A DNA stretch of 64,000 bases, taken from the NCBI GenBank assembly GCA_963720545.1, contig OY970399.1:2944001-3008000 (forward strand). Reading direction: 5' to 3'. The notes under the pieces are model-generated. The model worked only from the letters and a program-made list of their open reading frames with translations. It searched no databases and was not told the DNA's origin. Shown piece by piece: positions 20,427 to 30,339 of the stretch. Position numbers and translations under genes: made by a program. Each line of letters starts with the position of its first letter. Within the stretch, counting starts at the first letter, position 1. This DNA is from an uncultured Acidobacteriota bacterium (GTDB lineage: Bacteria > Acidobacteriota > Vicinamibacteria > Fen-336).

Positions 20427-21656
20427 GTGCCCCTCCGCCGCGCCGCGCTCGGCTTCATCTTCGTCACCGTCGTCCTCGACATGCTCGCGTTCGGCGTGGC
20501 GGCGCCCGTCCTTCCCAAGCTGGTCGAGACCTTCGAGGGCGGCGACACGGCGCGCGCCGCCGAGATCATCGGCCTGTTCACCACCGCGTGGGCCCTCATG
20601 CAGTTCTTCATGGCGCCCTTTCTCGGCATGCTGTCCGACCGCTTCGGCCGGCGGCCGGTCATCCTGCTCTCGAACTTCGGGCTCGCGGTCGACTACGCCG
20701 TCATGGCGCTGGCGCCGGGGGTCGCGTGGTTGTTCGTGGGCCGCGTGCTCTCCGGCATCACGGCTGCGAGCATCCCGACGGCGAGCGCCTACATCAGCGA
20801 CGTGACCACGCCGGAGAAGCGCGCCGGTGCCTTCGGCATGCTCGGTGCGGCCTTCGGCATCGGCTTCATCCTCGGTCCGGCGCTCGGCGGCTGGCTCGGC
20901 GCCATCAGCCCGCGCCTGCCGTTCTGGGTGGCCGGCAGCTTCAGTTTGTTGAACGGACTCTACGGCCTGCTGGTGCTGCCCGAGTCGCTGCCGCCCGAGA
21001 AGCGCCGCACCGAGCTCGTGTGGCGCAATGCCAACCCGCTGGGCTCCCTGGTGCTCCTGAGGCGCCATGCCGAGCTTGCAGGGCTCGCCACGGTGAACTT
21101 CCTCGGCTATGTCGCCCATGAGGTCTACATCACCGTGTTCGTTCTCTACGTGGGCTACCGCTACGGGTGGAACGCGCGCACCGTGGGCTTCTCCCTCGCC
21201 CTCGTAGGCTTGTCCTCGATGGTGATCTCGGCCGGGGTGGTGGGGCGGGTGGTGGCCTGGGTGGGCGAGCGGCGGGCGATGTTGGCTGGATTACTTTTTG
21301 GCGGATTAGGGTTTGCATTGTTCGGGTTCGCGCCGGTAGGGTGGGTGTTTCTGGCCGCGATCCCCATCAATGCGCTGTGGTCGCTGGCTGGTCCATCATC
21401 CCAATCCCTAATGACCAGACTTGTCTCGCCGTCCGAACAGGGAGAACTGCAGGGCGCCATCGGCGCCGTGCGGAGCCTTGCCATGCTCATCGGGCCGGGC
21501 CTGTTCGCCTTCACCTTCGCGGTCTTCATCGATGCGCGGCGCGTGACGCCGCAGCCGGGCGCCCCCTGGTACCTGGCGTCCTTCATCCTCGCCACCGCGT
21601 TCGTGCTGGCCCGCGCCGTGACGCCCGCGCCGCGGCCGCAGGAGCATCCGGTTTGA
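20427..21656 (+). CDS. TCR/Tet-family MFS efflux transporter
   Basis: GMLSDRFGRRPV, GRVLSGIT, GFILGPALGG, QGELQG; about 12 TMs. Confidence 0.9.
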   Translation: MPLRRAALGFIFVTVVLDMLAFGVAAPVLPKLVETFEGGDTARAAEIIGLFTTAWALMQFFMAPFLGMLSDRFGRRPVILLSNFGLAVDYAVMALAPGVAWLFVGRVLSGITAASIPTASAYISDVTTPEKRAGAFGMLGAAFGIGFILGPALGGWLGAISPRLPFWVAGSFSLLNGLYGLLVLPESLPPEKRRTELVWRNANPLGSLVLLRRHAELAGLATVNFLGYVAHEVYITVFVLYVGYRYGWNARTVGFSLALVGLSSMVISAGVVGRVVAWVGERRAMLAGLLFGGLGFALFGFAPVGWVFLAAIPINALWSLAGPSSQSLMTRLVSPSEQGELQGAIGAVRSLAMLIGPGLFAFTFAVFIDARRVTPQPGAPWYLASFILATAFVLARAVTPAPRPQEHPV

Positions 21657-22330
21657 GACTTCGCGGCCGGGTCCTGCTGGCGGGCGTCGCCCTGCTGAGC
21701 GTCGCCATCGTCCCAGGGAACCCCGCCGCGGTCGCGGCAGAGTCCTCCGAATCAGGAAGCTGGGCGGCGTCCCGCTCCTTCCTCGGCATCGTCGGTGGGC
21801 CGAACGCCCTGGCACTGCAGGCCGGGCTTGCGGCGTACCAGCGCGCCCTGCGCCAGGGACTGGTCAGCAATCCGGACGTGCTGACCATCATCGACTACAC
21901 GCTGCCGTCGGTCGATCGCCGGCTATGGGTGCTCGACATGCGCGCCGGTGCCGTGCTTTACCGTGAGCTGGTCGCGCACGGCAGGGGCAGCGGCGGCAAC
22001 CTCGCCACGTCGTTCGGCAACACGCCCGAGACTTACAAGTCGAGCCTCGGCCTGTTCGTCACCGAGTCGCCCTACACGGGCCAGAACGGCTACTCCCTGC
22101 GGCTCGAAGGGCTCGAGCACGGCATCAACGACAACGCCTGGTCGCGCGCCATCGTCATTCACGGCGCCCCATACGTGAACCCGAAGATCGCGAGCCACTT
22201 CGGCCGTCTCGGCCGCAGCCTCGGCTGCCCTGCCGTGCGCCCCACGGTTGCCCGCTCGCTCATCGACACGATCAAGGGCGGCAGCGTCGTCTACGCCTAC
22301 GGCCCCCGCGACCAGCGCACGCACCGCTAG
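21653..22330 (+). CDS. Murein L,D-transpeptidase catalytic-domain family protein (YkuD_2-like)
   Basis: IIDY.LPS..RRLW, VAHGRGSG, SSLG, RAIVIHGA, GRSLGCPAV; TTG start overlapping the upstream stop. Confidence 0.85.
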   Translation: MRLRGRVLLAGVALLSVAIVPGNPAAVAAESSESGSWAASRSFLGIVGGPNALALQAGLAAYQRALRQGLVSNPDVLTIIDYTLPSVDRRLWVLDMRAGAVLYRELVAHGRGSGGNLATSFGNTPETYKSSLGLFVTESPYTGQNGYSLRLEGLEHGINDNAWSRAIVIHGAPYVNPKIASHFGRLGRSLGCPAVRPTVARSLIDTIKGGSVVYAYGPRDQRTHR

Positions 22331-22346
22331 CCGCCTGGCGCGTTAA

Positions 22347-24434
22347 CTAGCGGGGCGGCTTCGCGGGCCCCGCAGCCTCCGCGCGCCGCGACCACGCCGC
22401 AGCACCTTCGTTGTCGCCCATGAAGCGCAGCGTCTTAGCGGCGAGGTCCATGGTCTCGCGGCCGGGGCTCACCGTCGTCATGCGCTCGAGAAGCGCGCTG
22501 ATTTCCTGCGGCGAACGGCCCTGGATTCCCATCAGCACCGCGAGACTCGCGTACGCCTGGGTGTTCGCGGGAAATGCGGCGATCTCCTCGCCGAACGCCT
22601 TCTCGGCCTCGGCGTAGCGGCCCAGCCGCGCCAGCACGTCGGCGCGTTGATACGAGAGGCCGGGAACCGGTGCGCCCCTGCGCGCCTGCAGCGCCTGCTG
22701 CGCGCTATCGAGTGCCGCGAGCGCAGCCGGTATGTCTCGGCGCGCGATCAGCGTGCGCGCCAGCAGCTGGTTGGCGCGCACCGGGTCCAGCTTCATCGCG
22801 GCGCGGGCGTTCGCCTCGGCCTCCGCCGGGCGGCCGCGCTTCAGCTCGAGGTCGCCGAGCGACAGGGCCACGAGCCCCGCCATGCTCGGCGAGAGGCGCA
22901 TCGCCTTCTGGTATTCCGTCGCTGCCTGGTCGAGCTTGCCCTGCCGGTTGAGGATCGCGGCCAGTTCCCATTGTGCGTCGAAGGACGCGGGATTCTTTGC
23001 CAGCACGCGGCGAAACGCGGCCACCGCCGGCTCGTGCCGGCCTTCGCGAGCGAGGCGGAACGCACCGCGCATTTCCTCGTAGTCGGGAATCTTGTCCTGC
23101 GGGTTGGGGAGCGCCGCGCCCGCGGCCGGTTCGGGCGCCGAGCCGGTTCCGCCGGCGAGATAGCCGAGCGCCTTCAGGCGTTCCGCGGCCTCGGGATCGA
23201 TGCTGCTCGGTGCGCTGAAGGAATCGGCGTAACCCCGCAGCGTGCGCCGCATGGCCTCGGCCACCGAGGCGCGCGTGGCGGCGAGGTTGTCCTTTTCCGC
23301 GGGATCGCGAACGATGTCGTAGAGCTCGGGGCGCGGCGCCTCGATCCAGTGATACTGGTCGTCGATCAGCGAGCGCAGGTCGCTCCAGCCGAACGCGATG
23401 CGCGGATAGTACGTTTCGCCGTAGATCCCGCGGGCTTGCGCCGCAGCCGGCGTGCCGTCGGCACCGGTGAGCGGCTGGCCAGCAACGTCCGCGGCCTCGA
23501 AGCCGAGGAGCCGTGCGGTGGTTGGCACGATGTCGACGAGTGCCACCGGGCGCTTGACGCGGGTAGCGCCCTGCGCGGCGCCGGGGAGCTTGAGCAGCAG
23601 CGGCACGTGCAGCATCTCGCGGTGCAGCAGGATGCCGTGTTCTTCCTCACCGTGGTCGCCCAGGCCCTCGCCATGATCGCTGACCAGGAACAGCAGGGCG
23701 CGGTCGTAAATGCCTTCGCTGCGCAGGGCTGCGATGAACTCGCCCACGATGGCGTCGCTGGCGGCGATCTCGCCGTCGTAAGTGGCACCGTAGCGGCCGC
23801 GGAACGGCTCGGGCGGCAGGTAGGGAAAGTGCGGTTCGTAAACGTGCAGGAACAGGAAGAACGGCTGCGCCTTCACGCCGCGCACCCAGTCGAGCGCGCG
23901 CCGCATCGTCGCCATCCCGGGGCGCTGCACGGCGCCCGCGGCCTCGGCGCCCTCCGTGGGGTTGCCGACGCGGTCGTCGAAGAAGTCCATCGAGTCGGCG
24001 ATGCCGGTGCCTGCGTTCAACACGTACGCCGAGATGGCGCCGCCGGTGGCGTAGCCGCGCGCCTTCAGCAGCTTCTGCAGCGTGGCGTGCCTGCCGGCGT
24101 CGAAGTGGTAGCCGAGGTTGTTGCGGACGCCGTGGGCAGGCGGGTTGAGCCCGGTGAGCAGCGAGACGTGCGAAGGAAAAGTGAGCGGCGCGGCTGCGTA
24201 GGCATTCTCGAAGAGGATCGCGTCGCGGGCCAGCGCGTCGATCGCCGGTGTCGCGACGGCGGTGTAGCCGTATGACGGCAGGTGGTCGGCGCGCAGCGTG
24301 TCGATCGAAACGATGATGACCGGTGCGCCGCTGAAGCCGGCGGACTTAGCCGCGGGTGCGGGCTTGCGGGTGCAGCCGGTGCCGAGCGCCAGCAGGACGC
24401 CGGCAAAAAGCCAGGCGTCCCGGCGCCGCCTCAC
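22347..24434 (-). CDS. Sulfatase-like hydrolase/transferase with TPRs, paralogue 3 (probable lipoprotein)
   Basis: LALGTGC lipobox; SIDTLRAD, PLTFPSH, SDHGE; TPRs; GTG start overlaps the VWA gene stop. Confidence 0.85.
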   Translation of the reverse strand: MRRRRDAWLFAGVLLALGTGCTRKPAPAAKSAGFSGAPVIIVSIDTLRADHLPSYGYTAVATPAIDALARDAILFENAYAAAPLTFPSHVSLLTGLNPPAHGVRNNLGYHFDAGRHATLQKLLKARGYATGGAISAYVLNAGTGIADSMDFFDDRVGNPTEGAEAAGAVQRPGMATMRRALDWVRGVKAQPFFLFLHVYEPHFPYLPPEPFRGRYGATYDGEIAASDAIVGEFIAALRSEGIYDRALLFLVSDHGEGLGDHGEEEHGILLHREMLHVPLLLKLPGAAQGATRVKRPVALVDIVPTTARLLGFEAADVAGQPLTGADGTPAAAQARGIYGETYYPRIAFGWSDLRSLIDDQYHWIEAPRPELYDIVRDPAEKDNLAATRASVAEAMRRTLRGYADSFSAPSSIDPEAAERLKALGYLAGGTGSAPEPAAGAALPNPQDKIPDYEEMRGAFRLAREGRHEPAVAAFRRVLAKNPASFDAQWELAAILNRQGKLDQAATEYQKAMRLSPSMAGLVALSLGDLELKRGRPAEAEANARAAMKLDPVRANQLLARTLIARRDIPAALAALDSAQQALQARRGAPVPGLSYQRADVLARLGRYAEAEKAFGEEIAAFPANTQAYASLAVLMGIQGRSPQEISALLERMTTVSPGRETMDLAAKTLRFMGDNEGAAAWSRRAEAAGPAKPPR

Positions 24435-26548
24435 TCGATGCGCACCATCCGGAAGCTCTCGCTGGTGCGGCCGGAGTCGGCGTCGCGCACGCGCGCCCGC
24501 AGCGTGTACTCGCCCGGCGCGACCCCGTTCGGCGTCAGGTCGAGGACGAACCATCGATAGCCATTGGCCGCGAAGCTGCGGACGATGTCGACAGTGGTCG
24601 CGGGCAGCACCGTCCCCGACGCGTCGACGAACTCCGGCACGATCTCGAACGCCGCACCGGGGTCGTATCCACGGCCCCCATCATAGGCGAGGAGGCAGAG
24701 CCGCTCCTTGCGGCCGTTGGCGAACCGCGGGTTGTTCTGCGGCGCGAACGCCTCCTTCGCCACCACGAACGGCGACGCCTGGCTGGTGGTCGCCTGCGAG
24801 CGCGCGTGCAGGATGAGCCGGTCGTCGGTGCCGGCCATGACCATCGGCGGCAGCAGCGACAGGCCGGCGGTCTCGAACGAGGGCATAGTCACCTGCAGCC
24901 AGGCAGTGCCGGAGCGGCCGCTTTGCCCGTCGCGCACCAGGAAGCGCAGGTCGTACTTGCCGGCCGGCAGCGTGAACATCAGCTGGCACTGCACCGCGTT
25001 GCGCAGCCGCGACTCGAGCTGCGCGATGTCGAGGTTCGCCACCATGCCGATGGTGTCGACGACGCTGCCCTGCGGATCGAGGGCGTAGCCGTAGATCTCG
25101 AGACTCCTGGCTTTGTCCTTGCGGTCGCCGAACAGCGACTTCGAGTCGACGTCGAGCACCACCGAGAGGAGCGGCGCATTGGCGGCGGCGCGGTAGGGAA
25201 GGGCCTGTGCCGCGACCGCGAGCTCGCCGCGATCGACGCCCTTGGCGATGATCTCCGCCGCCTCGAATTCGCGCGCCAGAGGCGTCATCGCCTCATAGGG
25301 CTGCCGCTCGAAGTAGCCGCTGCGGTAGGCGACGCGCGCGTCCTTGCGGTTCACGCGCACCTTCAGCTTGTGATAACGCCCGGGCTTGGAGAGCGAGGTC
25401 GGCTCGAAGGCGATGAGGTAGTAGTAGCGGCTCATCTCCAGCACTTCGTCGAGCGCCACCTTCGGATCGTTCGTGTCCTTGAACAGCCGGCCGCCGGTTA
25501 TGTTGGCGATGCGCGCGAGCGACTCGCGGCCGCCAACCGGCCGCTGCGTCTCGGTTGTTTGCTGTGTCAGGTCGCCGCGGGCTCGCAGCCCGCCGAGGTC
25601 GACGGGGTGTACGACCGCGTCGGCGCGGGCGAACGACTTCAGCGCCTCCTCCATCTGCCACCTGACGTTCGAGTCGCCGAAGCGGTCGTCGGAGGTGACC
25701 TCCCAGACGCGACCCCGCAGCGTCGCCTCGCTGTCCTGCGCAGCGGTCTTGCCCTGGTTGCCGACCAGTGTCTGCTCGTCGAACCCGGAAGAGAAGAGGA
25801 TCACCTGCTTGCGTCCCTGAACCGCCCCCAGGCCCTGGGCGAGATTGCCGAGAGCGGCCACGAAGTTGAGGACCTGGTCGCCATAGCCGATGCGCTCGCC
25901 GCGCTGGTAGAGCACCATCAGCTGGCGCCCGTCCTCGCTGCCGGGGCCGCGCTCCGCGCGCACCGTGTCGGAAAGCAGCGAGCCGAGGTCGCGCAGGTCG
26001 TAGGTGAGCCCGAGCGGATCGGCGCGCCGGTCCTGCGCCAGCGTGCCCAGCGTGTTCACCGCGCGGCGCGCCTGGTTGCGGTCGGCGGTGAAATTGACGA
26101 GCGTGCGCATGCCGTAGAGGTTCGAGTAGATCGCCACCGCGACCAGGTCGGACGGCGCCAGCCGGTTCGCGAGGAAATCGAGACCCGCTTCGCGGGCCCT
26201 GGACAAGCCCTGGATGCCGGTGAAGGAAGCGTCGAAGAGGAGCAGGAACTGGCGGCGCGCCGCCGGCGCGTCCTGCACCTTCTCCGCCATCTCCGGATCG
26301 TTGGCGTCGAACGCGCTGAAGCCGACGATCGTCGCCGGCTTGCCGTCGTCCTCCACGACGAAATCCGCGGCCGTGAGCCCCGCGAGCGCCTTGCCTTGCT
26401 CGTCGGTGACGAACACCGGCAGGCTCGCGAGCGTGACGCCGGCGCCGAACGTCGGCACCTTGTCCCCTGGTGCCTGCTCCGCGGGCGCAGCGTAGGGCGA
26501 CGACACCAGCAGCAGCAGGGCGCAGGCACGAAGCGAATGCGGTCTCAT
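24431..26548 (-). CDS. Secreted VWA-domain protein (Acidobacterial VWFA-related type), paralogue 1
   Basis: Signal peptide; VFVTD..G....GL...DF...DDGK; LLLFDASFT; GRKQVILFSSG; TGGRLF..TND; YYLI; beta-sandwich C-terminus; RBS before ATG 26548. Confidence 0.85.
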   Translation of the reverse strand: MRPHSLRACALLLLVSSPYAAPAEQAPGDKVPTFGAGVTLASLPVFVTDEQGKALAGLTAADFVVEDDGKPATIVGFSAFDANDPEMAEKVQDAPAARRQFLLLFDASFTGIQGLSRAREAGLDFLANRLAPSDLVAVAIYSNLYGMRTLVNFTADRNQARRAVNTLGTLAQDRRADPLGLTYDLRDLGSLLSDTVRAERGPGSEDGRQLMVLYQRGERIGYGDQVLNFVAALGNLAQGLGAVQGRKQVILFSSGFDEQTLVGNQGKTAAQDSEATLRGRVWEVTSDDRFGDSNVRWQMEEALKSFARADAVVHPVDLGGLRARGDLTQQTTETQRPVGGRESLARIANITGGRLFKDTNDPKVALDEVLEMSRYYYLIAFEPTSLSKPGRYHKLKVRVNRKDARVAYRSGYFERQPYEAMTPLAREFEAAEIIAKGVDRGELAVAAQALPYRAAANAPLLSVVLDVDSKSLFGDRKDKARSLEIYGYALDPQGSVVDTIGMVANLDIAQLESRLRNAVQCQLMFTLPAGKYDLRFLVRDGQSGRSGTAWLQVTMPSFETAGLSLLPPMVMAGTDDRLILHARSQATTSQASPFVVAKEAFAPQNNPRFANGRKERLCLLAYDGGRGYDPGAAFEIVPEFVDASGTVLPATTVDIVRSFAANGYRWFVLDLTPNGVAPGEYTLRARVRDADSGRTSESFRMVRIE

Positions 26549-26568
26549 GTCGGCCTCTTCCTTCAGCG

Positions 26569-26610
26569 AAAAAGAAAACGGCGCGGCCCCATTATGGCGG
26601 AGCCGCGCCG
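26569..26610 (-). terminator. Intrinsic terminator between barrel gene 1 and the VWA gene
   Basis: Minus strand CGGCGCGGCTCC-loop-GGGGCCGCGCCG followed by TTTTCTTTTT. Confidence 0.7.
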
Positions 26611-26639
26611 CAGCGACTAAGTACGAAAGACGACCCGGC

Positions 26640-29534
26640 CTAGAAGCTGAGTCGCAGCCCGAAGCGGATGAGCCGCGGGTTGGGGATTTCCTCGATGCGG
26701 TTGAACGCGCTGGAGTCAGCCGAGTCGGTCTGGCGCAGCGTGGTGTTCGTGTTGAGGACGTTGAACGCATCGGCGGTGATCGCCGCCTTGAACCGGCCGC
26801 TCAGGTTGAAGTTCTTGGCCAGGCGCAAGTCGAGGTTCCAGATGTTGGGCAGCCGGTTGTCCCCGATGGGCGCCGCCAGGACGGTATCGGCGAAGGTGTT
26901 GTTGAGCGTGAAGTTGATCGGCCGGACGTAGCCGTCACGTGCGTACAGGTTGGCGGCAACGTCGAAGCCCTTGGGCAGCTGATAAAGCGCGTTGGCGGAT
27001 GCCTGCCACTTGCCGCTGACCCAGTAAAGCGTGCCGGAGCCGGTGCTGAAGACGGCAATCTGGCCGCCGTTCTGCTTGGCGTCGGTGACGATCTCGCCAC
27101 CGCCGTTGTAGCCGTATGAGTCGTAGAGAGTCGCGTTCGGGTTCTGGATGCCGCCATTGCCACTGAAGTGCTCGGTCCAGTCGTTGTAGGAGAACGACGC
27201 GCGCGCCATCCACTTGTTGGCCAGCCGCTTCACGCCGGTGAACTCGAAACCACTGTAGTGGCGGGTGTAGTCCGGACGGTTGGTCAGGTTCAGCCCGCCG
27301 CCGTTGGCGCCGAGCGCGGCCTGGTTCTCTGGTCCGATGTCCTGGCAGGGGGCCGAGAAGCCGTTGCCGGAAGCGCCTTCGCAGGGAACCCAGTCGGTGC
27401 CGTTGACGCCGATGAACGGCGCGTACGGAACGTTGTTGGTGCGGCGGAAGGTGTAGTTGGCCGAGATCGCGAGGTTGGGGATCAGCTCGCGGTCGAAGCC
27501 GACGATGAACTCGTTGTCCTTGCGCGCCTTGAGGTCGGGGTCGATGCGGTTGACCGTCGACGGTGTGATGTTGGCTGCACGGCCGCCGTAGTTGCCATCG
27601 CCGCTGAGGTCCACTTCTTCGCGCTGCACGACCTGGTCGTTGTTCGCGTCGTTCCACGGGTAGAACAACACGCCGACGCGGCCCACCGGGTTCACGAACG
27701 AGGCGACGTCCGCGAACGCCAGCTGGTCGGCAAACACCGACCACGATGCGCGCAGGATGGTCTTGCGCGAATCGTCGAGCGCATACGTGAGGCCGATGCG
27801 CGGCGACACGTTGCTGAGCGAGATGTTCGAGTCGGGGCTGCCGTCGAACTGCAGGGCCGGGAGGAGTTCCGGGAAGAGCGCGTTGGCACGCGCCGCGGTG
27901 GCGCTGTTGACCGCCTTCTGCCGGTCGAGACGGACGCCCGCGTTGATGGTCAGGCGGTTCTTCGTGTAGGTGTCGCCGATGTAGCCAGAGGCGTAGTGGC
28001 CGCTGTAACCGAGCACCGCTTCGCGACGGATGGTCGCGAAGTTGCCAAAGGTCGGGCTCAGGGTGCCGCGCACCTGGCTGCCGCTCGGCACGCTGCTGCT
28101 GACGACCGTGGCCTTGCGGTAGCCGAAGCCGAACTTCAGCTCATGGTTGCCCATGAAGTAGTTGAAGTCGCCGTTGTAGGTGCTCGACGGGCGCACGCTC
28201 AGGAACGAGGTCGAGGCGCCGTGCGACACCGCATCGATCAGGTCGACGTACTCCTGACCGTCGGTGCCGCCCGCAGGGACAAGGCCGAAGCCCTGGTCGT
28301 AGTGCGAATACTTGAGGTTGGCGACGAAGTTCGGGTTGAAGACGTGGTTCAGTTCGCCCTTGATCAGGCCGTGCAGCTTGCCGTTGAAGGCGCCCGCCTG
28401 GTTGCGGCTGTGGCTTGCATCCTCCGCGGAAGTGCCCGCGACCGCGGCCGGACGGCCGAACTTCTGCTTCACACCCTGGAAGTAGAACACCGAGAACATG
28501 TCGGAGCCGGTGGCCTGCCAGTTGACCTTGGCGTTGTAGTCCTTCAGCAGGGTCTTGTCCGGGTTCTGATTGAACTTGCGGATGCGGATGTCCTGCTTGC
28601 CGTAGGCGCCCCAGAACCAGAGCTTGTCCTTGACCAGCGGGCCGCCGAGGTCGGCGCCGTAGTCGGAGATCTGGTCGGCGTGGTCGGCCTTGGTGCCGTC
28701 GCCGCCATTCAGGAACAGGCGCGGATCGCCCTCCAACGCGCTCGGGATGTTGCTCGACTCGAGCTTGTGGCTGGTGTAGAAGCCGCGCACGCCGCCGTGC
28801 AGCTCGTTGGTGCCGCGCTTGGTGACGAGGTTGATGCCGACGCCGCCGGTGCCGACCTTGATGTCGGCGCCGCCGGTCGTGACCGAGACCTCATCGAACG
28901 AGTCGAAGTCGAAATAGCTCGGGCTCGCGCCCGCGGCTGCCGGGTCGGTGATGGTGACGCCGTCGAGCACCCACATGGAGCTCATCTGGCTCGAACCCTT
29001 GCCGACGTAGCCCGACTGCTGGCCGCTCTGGGTGCCGGCCTGGTTGAGGCGGTCGAGCTGCACGCCGGGAACCTGGCGCAGCACGGCCCAGGGATCGCGC
29101 GAGTTCGGAATCTGCGACAGTTCCTCGCGGCTCAGGGTGGTGCCCGTGCCGGTCTTCTTGACGTCGACGATCGGCGTCTCCGCGGTGACGACCACGGTTT
29201 CCTCGACGCCGGCCACCTTCATGCTGAAGGGCACCGTAAGGCTCGAGCCGATGTTGACGCGCACGTCGCGGGTGACGGTGGCAAAGCCGGAGAGGCCGAC
29301 CGCGAGCTTGTAGGCGCCCGGGTCGAGGTTCACGAAGCGGAACTCACCGTTGCTTCCGGTGGTGGAGGTGCGCGGGGCGATGACGTCGCCGGTCAGCGTA
29401 ACGGTCGCTCCGGGCAGCACCGATCCCGACGCATCGGCAACGCTTCCGTAGATGTTGCCGGTGGATGTCTGGGCATAAAGGCCGGGCACGAGGGCCAACA
29501 TCATGGCCAGCGCCAAGCCGAGTTTTGTTCTCAT
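26640..29534 (-). CDS. Oar-type TonB-dependent outer-membrane barrel with N-terminal carboxypeptidase-regulatory-like domain, paralogue 1
   Basis: Signal peptide; G.V.D.SG.VLPGATVT domain; plug (RDPW.VL..VPGV, INLVTKRGTN); C-terminal PR.IRFGLRLSF. Confidence 0.9.
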   Translation of the reverse strand: MRTKLGLALAMMLALVPGLYAQTSTGNIYGSVADASGSVLPGATVTLTGDVIAPRTSTTGSNGEFRFVNLDPGAYKLAVGLSGFATVTRDVRVNIGSSLTVPFSMKVAGVEETVVVTAETPIVDVKKTGTGTTLSREELSQIPNSRDPWAVLRQVPGVQLDRLNQAGTQSGQQSGYVGKGSSQMSSMWVLDGVTITDPAAAGASPSYFDFDSFDEVSVTTGGADIKVGTGGVGINLVTKRGTNELHGGVRGFYTSHKLESSNIPSALEGDPRLFLNGGDGTKADHADQISDYGADLGGPLVKDKLWFWGAYGKQDIRIRKFNQNPDKTLLKDYNAKVNWQATGSDMFSVFYFQGVKQKFGRPAAVAGTSAEDASHSRNQAGAFNGKLHGLIKGELNHVFNPNFVANLKYSHYDQGFGLVPAGGTDGQEYVDLIDAVSHGASTSFLSVRPSSTYNGDFNYFMGNHELKFGFGYRKATVVSSSVPSGSQVRGTLSPTFGNFATIRREAVLGYSGHYASGYIGDTYTKNRLTINAGVRLDRQKAVNSATAARANALFPELLPALQFDGSPDSNISLSNVSPRIGLTYALDDSRKTILRASWSVFADQLAFADVASFVNPVGRVGVLFYPWNDANNDQVVQREEVDLSGDGNYGGRAANITPSTVNRIDPDLKARKDNEFIVGFDRELIPNLAISANYTFRRTNNVPYAPFIGVNGTDWVPCEGASGNGFSAPCQDIGPENQAALGANGGGLNLTNRPDYTRHYSGFEFTGVKRLANKWMARASFSYNDWTEHFSGNGGIQNPNATLYDSYGYNGGGEIVTDAKQNGGQIAVFSTGSGTLYWVSGKWQASANALYQLPKGFDVAANLYARDGYVRPINFTLNNTFADTVLAAPIGDNRLPNIWNLDLRLAKNFNLSGRFKAAITADAFNVLNTNTTLRQTDSADSSAFNRIEEIPNPRLIRFGLRLSF

Positions 29535-29595
29535 CAGCCGATCTCTCCTTCTAAGAGGGAAGCGCTCGCTGCGCTTCTTCGAGTCCTTCTAGAAG

Positions 29596-29611
29596 GCAAT
29601 TGCGAGGCCAA
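29596..29611 (-). promoter_or_regulatory. Sigma-54 (-24/-12) promoter for barrel paralogue 1
   Basis: Minus strand TTGGCCTCGCAATTGC = TGGC-N7-TTGC, about 60 nt upstream of the ATG. Confidence 0.7.
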
Positions 29612-29811
29612 CGGCTTGAAACCCGTAACGGTTTTTAACGCAGCGAGTTAAGTCGCATTCAGCATGCTGAATACAGCGTGAATTCACATCGTCGTACGCT
29701 TGACTCTCCGGCGCGCCGGATTAATGCGCAACGAGTTGAAGATATTCAAATTCGCGCACGCCAGCATTGGCCGTGCGGAGCGCGATGCTAGCCTCGTCGC
29801 TGGAGGCACTC

Positions 29812-30339
29812 TTGGACTTCGGCCGCGTGCTGCGTCTCGTCGGTGACCACCTCACCGCGAGCGGCAGCGATTGGGCGATCATCGGCGGCTTCGCCATGCA
29901 GGCTCATGGGAATTCACGCAACACGATCGACCTTGATTTTCTCGTGCCCGAAGAACAGCAGCCGCGCCTCGTCGCCTTTCTCGAACAGTCCGGGTACGAA
30001 ACGCTGCACCTTTCGGCAGGTTTCTCCAACCACCTCCACCCGGATGACGCGCTGGGCCGAGTCGACATCGCCTACGTCGACCGACCGACAGCAAGGAACC
30101 TGTTCGGCGCCGCGGTGGCCAAGGAAGTCGGCGGCGCGCGCGTTCTCGTGCCGAAGCCCGAGCATCTCATCGCCATGAAGCTCCACGCCCTGAAGAGCGA
30201 TCCGCGCCGGATCGATCGCGACACCGCCGATATCGTGGACCTGCTCCGCGTGCCCGGAATCGATCGCGACGAAGTGCGTTCATACTTCAAGCGGTACGCC
30301 ATGGAGGAGAAATTTGAAGAGCTCATCAGGCGAGCCTGA
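29812..30339 (+). CDS. Nucleotidyltransferase (DUF6036/AbiEii-like), putative toxin
   Basis: IIGGFA...HG..R.T.DLDF motif; LIAMKL...R..RD..D; GGAGG RBS before TTG 29812. Confidence 0.75.
   Translation: MDFGRVLRLVGDHLTASGSDWAIIGGFAMQAHGNSRNTIDLDFLVPEEQQPRLVAFLEQSGYETLHLSAGFSNHLHPDDALGRVDIAYVDRPTARNLFGAAVAKEVGGARVLVPKPEHLIAMKLHALKSDPRRIDRDTADIVDLLRVPGIDRDEVRSYFKRYAMEEKFEELIRRA

Noticed and set aside
20427..21656. Acquired tetracycline resistance gene tetA
   Set aside because: Family-level similarity only; no tetR or mobile context, so substrate cannot be assigned
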